In this document: piece by piece, positions 27,634 to 32,000 of the stretch
How positions within the stretch are numbered: position 1 is the first letter of the stretch
Layout: each line of letters begins with the position of its first letter
Assembly (NCBI RefSeq): GCF_003231495.1
Contig: NZ_PQWO01000020.1
Span: forward strand, 30,001 to 62,000
Reading direction: 5' to 3'
From: Acaryochloris thomasi RCC1774
GTDB lineage: Bacteria > Cyanobacteriota > Cyanobacteriia > Thermosynechococcales > Thermosynechococcaceae
Length of the DNA: 32,000 bases
Notes under the pieces: generated by a model
What the model saw: only the letters and a program-made list of their open reading frames with translations
What the model was told of the DNA's origin: nothing
Databases searched by the model: none
Program-made: the position numbers and the translations under genes

Positions 27634-27945
27634 ATGAACACCTCAAAACAGTCAGCCATGGAAGCCTCAATATTCGACACCCTTTTTCGAGATAGTCAGG
27701 GCGAGATCGTGATTGCCCAGCCCCCAAACGCAACGCTTTCCATCTGGATCGGTGCTAGCTTACTCAAGTTTACCGTTACTGAGGGTCCAGGCCACACGGC
27801 CCTTGAGACCGTCGCTTTCAGCGCCATCATCATCTGGTCAATTCAGGAACTCTGTGACGGGGTCAACTATTTCCGGCGCGGTTTGGGGCTGCTGGTCTTG
27901 GTCAGCGTCCTAGCTTCCAAGGTTGACCAGGCTCTTCTGGCCTAA
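27634..27945 (+). CDS. Small hypothetical membrane protein
   Basis: 103 aa with two or three hydrophobic segments (LSIWIGASLL, AFSAIIIWSI, LGLLVLVSVLA). I recognise no family. Confidence 0.45.
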   Translation: MNTSKQSAMEASIFDTLFRDSQGEIVIAQPPNATLSIWIGASLLKFTVTEGPGHTALETVAFSAIIIWSIQELCDGVNYFRRGLGLLVLVSVLASKVDQALLA

Positions 27946-28074
27946 TTGGGCATGCCGGAAACCTTACTCTGCCTTTAATGCGTCAACAAGTTAGGGTTAA
28001 CCCTCGAGAACTAGACTAAATATTCACGATCGAAAAGATCGGAACTTTCTCTACAAACTGTTTAGGAGATCGAC

Positions 28075-28194
28075 ATGCCCCCGACGCCTAATCCGAATCG
28101 GCAACCTGTTGAGCTAAATCGCACCTCTTTATTCCTAGGTTTGCTCCTGGTGTTTGTGACAACCCTGCTCTTTTCAAGTTACTTTTTCAACTAG
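28075..28194 (+). CDS. psbL: Photosystem II reaction centre protein L (39 aa), not in the ORF track
   Basis: My translation is [39 protein letters not shown]. It nearly matches the conserved PsbL pattern [34 protein letters not shown] (28064-28069) lies 5 nt upstream of the ATG. Confidence 0.85.
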   Translation: MPPTPNPNRQPVELNRTSLFLGLLLVFVTTLLFSSYFFN

Positions 28195-29230
28195 CAGAAG
28201 ACTCGACAAGCCTTGATTCACTCCGCTGAGGTTGCGGGGCTTGATTACCTGCAAACTTCAGCATCCAATCAATCAAGCGATCGCAAGTCCTTTCCCCCGT
28301 CAACGCCTCTAGTCGCGCAAAGCCACCGATATTACCGGCATTGATTTCACTAATCCGCCAAGTCCCTTGATCGTCGAGCAAAAAGTCGTAGCCAAGAGTG
28401 TGAAGGTTGCGATCGCAATATTCTCCCACTGTCCCTTCAATGGCTTCGCGCTCAGCGCGGGTCACCTCTGCCAGCTCGCATTCGCCATCAACGCTCACAT
28501 TATTAACCCAATAGCCACTTCTCGACCGTCGCGTATAGGCACCATAGATCTCCCCATCGACCACCACCACCCGCTTGTCGCCCGCAGTGACGCCCTTAAG
28601 GTAGCGAACAAACTGTAGGGGTTCTAAATCACTGCCCTGCAGAGCCTGCATAACCTGAGCAAAGTTTCTAAAGCATTGAGTTCCGTTTTGACTATTGTCG
28701 ACCCAGAAAGCTTGCTGCTCATACCAAATTTTGAAAACACCGCGACCACCACAGCTATTGGTTTGCTTCGCCACAATGGTTTGGTGCTGCTCGAAGAAGG
28801 TGAACGCCTCTGCTAAATCCGCCGTCACCAGCATCTCAGGCGTATATCTCCCCGCCACGCGCTGCAGAAAATCAGGCTGCATTTGCTCTTGCTTCCCCAC
28901 AGGATCGTTGATAAATCGTGTGTGCTGGGCCCAGCCACGAAGCTGATCAAGATAACCGTCTGGAAACGGTTTGAGACGTCGGCAAAAAACCAGATCAAAA
29001 TCTGATAAAGCCTGCTGTAGACGTTCCTGGCGATCCAGTTTGCAAAAATCACCGTAGGTCAGCGTCTCCGGTACAGCCACGGCTGCAACGTGATCGGCTG
29101 ACGTCACCGCTTCCACGGGAGCATGGAAAAACGTAATGTGCGGGTCGCGGGCAAAGCGCTGATAGAGGGTGGGTACATCCATCTCAGGCTGCCCGTAGAG
29201 AGAGGGATCACAAATGTTGAGCAGTCTCAT
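28187..29230 (-). CDS. ATP-grasp ligase, glutathione-synthetase (GshB)/RimK-like
   Basis: GshB-like layout: [13 protein letters not shown]..., [32 protein letters not shown] (compare GDKRI..L.GEP.GA), [11 protein letters not shown]...LEALTG. It is too divergent to call gshB itself. Confidence 0.8.
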   Translation of the reverse strand: MRLLNICDPSLYGQPEMDVPTLYQRFARDPHITFFHAPVEAVTSADHVAAVAVPETLTYGDFCKLDRQERLQQALSDFDLVFCRRLKPFPDGYLDQLRGWAQHTRFINDPVGKQEQMQPDFLQRVAGRYTPEMLVTADLAEAFTFFEQHQTIVAKQTNSCGGRGVFKIWYEQQAFWVDNSQNGTQCFRNFAQVMQALQGSDLEPLQFVRYLKGVTAGDKRVVVVDGEIYGAYTRRSRSGYWVNNVSVDGECELAEVTRAEREAIEGTVGEYCDRNLHTLGYDFLLDDQGTWRISEINAGNIGGFARLEALTGERTCDRLIDWMLKFAGNQAPQPQRSESRLVESSAS

Positions 29231-29284
29231 GCTTGTTCAGCCCTTTGGGTGAACGCCCCACAACAGAAAGCCGCTGACCAGCAC

Positions 29285-30049
29285 TTAAACATGGCTCGTC
29301 ACGGTCTTAAAATCTGCAAGATCTTGCTGCAGCATCGTTGCTGTCTGTAGCAGAAGAATCGTGTCTTCGCCATCGGCCAGCCGTCGATGAACCCTCGCTA
29401 GCATTTGCTCGTGGTGCCGTAGTGTCGTCTCCCGGTCCCCCCGCAAGCCGTTGACCTGACGGGTGATCTGATGGGCTGGCAGCCCAAAAAAGACACCGCC
29501 ATCCGTATATTGAGTACATTCTTCGTAGAGGTTGAAAATTCTGGCTCCCCCGGTGATGGGGCCGTGATGTCCTAAGCTGCCATAGACATGCAAGCTCAGA
29601 AAAGGCCGATTGCTCGGGTTCCCCATCTGGTGGATTAAATCGTGAGTGACGACGTTGATAGTTCCCGCCGAAAAGGGATGTACAGACACCGTTGAAAGCT
29701 GCATCTGGTCGAGGCGAAAGACAGCATGTTCTGCCTCACCGAAGGACTGTACAGCCCCCCACTGAGCTGCACCATGATCGTGAATCGCACTATAGTCTCC
29801 CGGCAACCAGGACATGACCATAATTTCAAAATGACCGCCATCATAAATGAGCTGACGACCATAACTATTGGCCACTGGATGCTCAAAATCTGTCCACAAC
29901 TGCAGATCGTTAGCTTGGATGTTTGCCGCCTGCACACAATCCTTTGCAATCTCAGGCGTTATCACTGTTCTGCGCTCCAGGGAACGGATCAGGGTTTGAA
30001 TTCGAGCAGGCCGTCCTAAGTAGGCTGGAACCATATCAGTTTTCATCAT
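29285..30049 (-). CDS. Cysteine dioxygenase type I-like cupin with a C-terminal extension of about 90 aa
   Basis: SWLPGDYSAIHDHGAAQWG (H-x-H), THDLIHQMGNPSNRPFLSLHVYG (third His, and Tyr in an SLH.Y context, compare CDO GIHRVEN...SLHLYSPP). It lies 54 nt upstream of the ATP-grasp gene on the same strand. Confidence 0.72.
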   Translation of the reverse strand: MMKTDMVPAYLGRPARIQTLIRSLERRTVITPEIAKDCVQAANIQANDLQLWTDFEHPVANSYGRQLIYDGGHFEIMVMSWLPGDYSAIHDHGAAQWGAVQSFGEAEHAVFRLDQMQLSTVSVHPFSAGTINVVTHDLIHQMGNPSNRPFLSLHVYGSLGHHGPITGGARIFNLYEECTQYTDGGVFFGLPAHQITRQVNGLRGDRETTLRHHEQMLARVHRRLADGEDTILLLQTATMLQQDLADFKTVTSHV

Positions 30050-30347
30050 GCTTGGTCATCTCAAAACACAACAGCAAATCGATGCAGAAGACAAAGCGAT
30101 GGGCTGTACTGTCTTCCATATTGACACCCTAGGTGTCCGGTCTGAAGCCCTGCTGAGAGAAGCATGAAAATCACCAAACCCCATGCAAACACTGACTCCA
30201 ACAATCGGAAACCAGTGGGCTGAGCATCCACTTCCTTGGGGGAAACACCTGAACTTTAACAGTGAACGACACCTCGTAACCCTCCATCCGGGATAAGAGC
30301 TGAAGATCTCGGTACAGCGGAGGAGGAACTGGGGGCTTGTTGGTTCT

Positions 30348-31118
30348 CTATGACTCTGGAAAGAGAATCGTTTCCGGCGGTAGGCTGCTCTCCTGAGCCG
30401 CTGCATTAGCAGCGACATATCCAGCATCAGCAGAAAGCCCCAGTGCTGGATAGCCCATTGAGATAGCCACCTGATCGCCATATAGACAGGCGAGTTGAGT
30501 TGGAAAGTGTGTCGTCCCCAGATGGGGCTGCAAAGCTGCGCGGGTGTAGGTGAGCTCGTCCCTTTCCAGAGAGCGAGATCCTCCACCCGCAAATCTGGTC
30601 GCGTAACCTTCCTGGCGCATCATTTGGTGCAGCGTTTTTGGGAAACCGTGTCGGTTTTGATAAAGTCGTCGATAGACTGTGCTGAGAACGGCACCCTGAA
30701 TGGACTCGGTTGTCGGTATCTCACTGGTCCAGAGTAAAACCACAATCCAGCCATCACTTGCTCGCCCAGGATCTTCAAATCGGTGGGTGGCATCGGTAAG
30801 CGCGCGATGGGTCCACTCCCCTCCAGCATCATCTGCTAACACTAGCGCGACCCGGAAAATTGCATCGAGAAAAGGCAGTCGGCGCTCAGCGTCGCGGAGT
30901 GACTGTTCAGCAATTTTTTCAGCCTGTAGCTCAAGCAGCTGATCGAGCTGCGTCTCCACATGGCGCTTTCCCATCGGATTCATGAGAGACAGGGGCAGTA
31001 CCATCTCATCGGTGCCGTTAGTCAAGGTTTGCAGATACTCTCGAAAGCGCTGCATCGGATTGGGAATTCTGTATAGATCCCGCTGAATCTTCAAAAGTGG
31101 CTGGAGTATCAACTGCAT
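30348..31118 (-). CDS. Hypothetical protein (256 aa), family not recognised
   Basis: A long ORF with unbiased composition. It is on the same strand as the cupin/ATP-grasp pair and upstream of it. I could identify no catalytic motif. Confidence 0.6.
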   Translation of the reverse strand: MQLILQPLLKIQRDLYRIPNPMQRFREYLQTLTNGTDEMVLPLSLMNPMGKRHVETQLDQLLELQAEKIAEQSLRDAERRLPFLDAIFRVALVLADDAGGEWTHRALTDATHRFEDPGRASDGWIVVLLWTSEIPTTESIQGAVLSTVYRRLYQNRHGFPKTLHQMMRQEGYATRFAGGGSRSLERDELTYTRAALQPHLGTTHFPTQLACLYGDQVAISMGYPALGLSADAGYVAANAAAQESSLPPETILFPES

Positions 31119-31250
31119 CGGCCCAAGTCTAGAATGATGACAGTCAAAATCTTAGGCACAACGGTCGCCTGCGGTGTTAGACGCGACGGGCTTTATGCCT
31201 GCTCCGTGAGCCTTGAGAACAATGGGTGAGTCTAATCAGCAAATCTAGAA

Positions 31251-32000
31251 TCACGCCAGCACCATCCAGAACAGCACAGTAAGCACAATGCTCATGACGC
31301 CAATCAAGTGCTCGAGCTGCTCAAAGAGGCGCGGCAGCTTGAGAATCGTTTTTCGAAAAGCCAGGAAATAGACAAGCCATCCCGCACCTAGGGTCAGCAA
31401 GGCTTTAACCAGGTTTGTTGTTGTATAGGCATCGATATATACAATATTGGCGGCGATTAATCCACTCAACAACAACAGGATGGCAAGCCAGAGTCCGAGC
31501 TTGCGGCTGTAAGATTCTGCTGGCTCTGATGTGGGCGGGATAAAAATGAATTTGGCAAAGGCGATCGCAGTTCCCACCGCCACAATACTCATCACGATCT
31601 CTTGCCAAGAGCTGAGCTGCTTGAGGGTCTGGGTCTTGGCTCCAAAGCCTGCCAGTAAAGGAAAACCGGAGATGGAAAGGGATGAGATCGCAATGCCAGC
31701 CCACATCGGTGTATAAACTCGGCTTGCTCGCAGTGCTTCAAAATCACGACTAGGCAAGTTCCCAGCCATCAAAAAGAGAGATGATTTCGCCAGCCCGTGC
31801 GTTAACGCATAGAAGCCTGCTGCAGTGGGTGCCACCAGAATAAAACCCAGCTGCGAAATCGTACTAGAGGCCAGCATCCGTTTGGTATCTCGCTCAAGGA
31901 TGGCATAGCTCACCCCGAGCACCGCTGTCGCCGCACCAAAGATCTGGAGCATCGGTGTAATACCTTCCACCATCAACGCACAGCGCACCAGCGGAAAAAC
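31251..32000 (-). CDS. Proton-translocating antiporter-like subunit (MrpD/MnhD or NuoN/NdhD family), N-terminus outside the window
   Basis: Proton_antipo_M-type core: TKRMLASSTISQLGFILV...ALTHGLAKSSLFLMAGN...ISGFPLLAGFGAK. The frame stays open to position 32000. Confidence 0.8.
   Translation of the reverse strand, partial: VFPLVRCALMVEGITPMLQIFGAATAVLGVSYAILERDTKRMLASSTISQLGFILVAPTAAGFYALTHGLAKSSLFLMAGNLPSRDFEALRASRVYTPMWAGIAISSLSISGFPLLAGFGAKTQTLKQLSSWQEIVMSIVAVGTAIAFAKFIFIPPTSEPAESYSRKLGLWLAILLLLSGLIAANIVYIDAYTTTNLVKALLTLGAGWLVYFLAFRKTILKLPRLFEQLEHLIGVMSIVLTVLFWMVLA

Noticed and set aside
30280-30300. A SAM-I riboswitch-like string on the minus strand (GCTCTTATCccggatGGAGGG) in the cupin leader.
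   Set aside because: Only the CUCUUAUC and GGAGGG fragments match. The AGAG after UUAUC, the GCAACC/GGUGCUAA cores and a downstream GAUAAGAG P1 partner are all absent.
30056-30592. A 178-aa minus-strand ORF spanning the leader and the 3' part of the 256-aa gene.
   Set aside because: Its upstream 245 nt overlap the longer, better-behaved 256-aa ORF in another frame. Only the last 42 codons, from the sole ATG in the gap, are kept as a speculative small ORF in the findings.
1-32000. CRISPR arrays, IS transposases, integrases, phage or toxin-antitoxin/defence gene signatures.
   Set aside because: No spaced direct-repeat array was seen, and no ORF has DDE/HUH/tyrosine-recombinase or recognisable defence-system motifs. 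The only mobile-type signal is the non-coding MITE-like element.

Overview
This window looks like a cyanobacterial chromosomal segment. I counted 22 copies of the HIP1 octamer GCGATCGC by eye, where about 0.5 would be expected by chance. It holds about 30 genes on both strands, and I found no rRNA, tRNA, CRISPR array, transposase or prophage genes. Signalling dominates: seven two-component genes, including a REC-GAF-kinase whose GAF domain carries both cysteines of a DXCF-type cyanobacteriochrome, and a 1505-aa CheB-CheR-PAS-HisKA-HATPase-REC protein. Housekeeping and stress genes sit between them: ackA, htpX, a DJ-1/PfpI fusion, an SDR, an AI-2E transporter, a patatin-like lipase, a PLD/cardiolipin-synthase-like enzyme, a bacterial type IB topoisomerase and an Mrp/Nuo-type antiporter subunit. 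The most unusual region is 28.0-31.2 kb. It contains an orphan 39-codon psbL, too short to appear in the ORF track. psbL converges on and overlaps a minus-strand cluster of a GshB-like ATP-grasp ligase, a cysteine-dioxygenase-like cupin and an unrecognised 256-aa protein, with a 298-nt leader in between. I propose this cluster as a candidate uncharacterised thiol or peptide-modifying pathway, but that is inference only. Other points are a MITE-like element with terminal inverted repeats and flanking direct repeats at 10.7-11.0 kb, a secreted acidic repeat protein with an internal WGxxGxxG-like anchor, and two short candidate operator motifs. All functional calls rest on motif recognition by eye; no searches were run.
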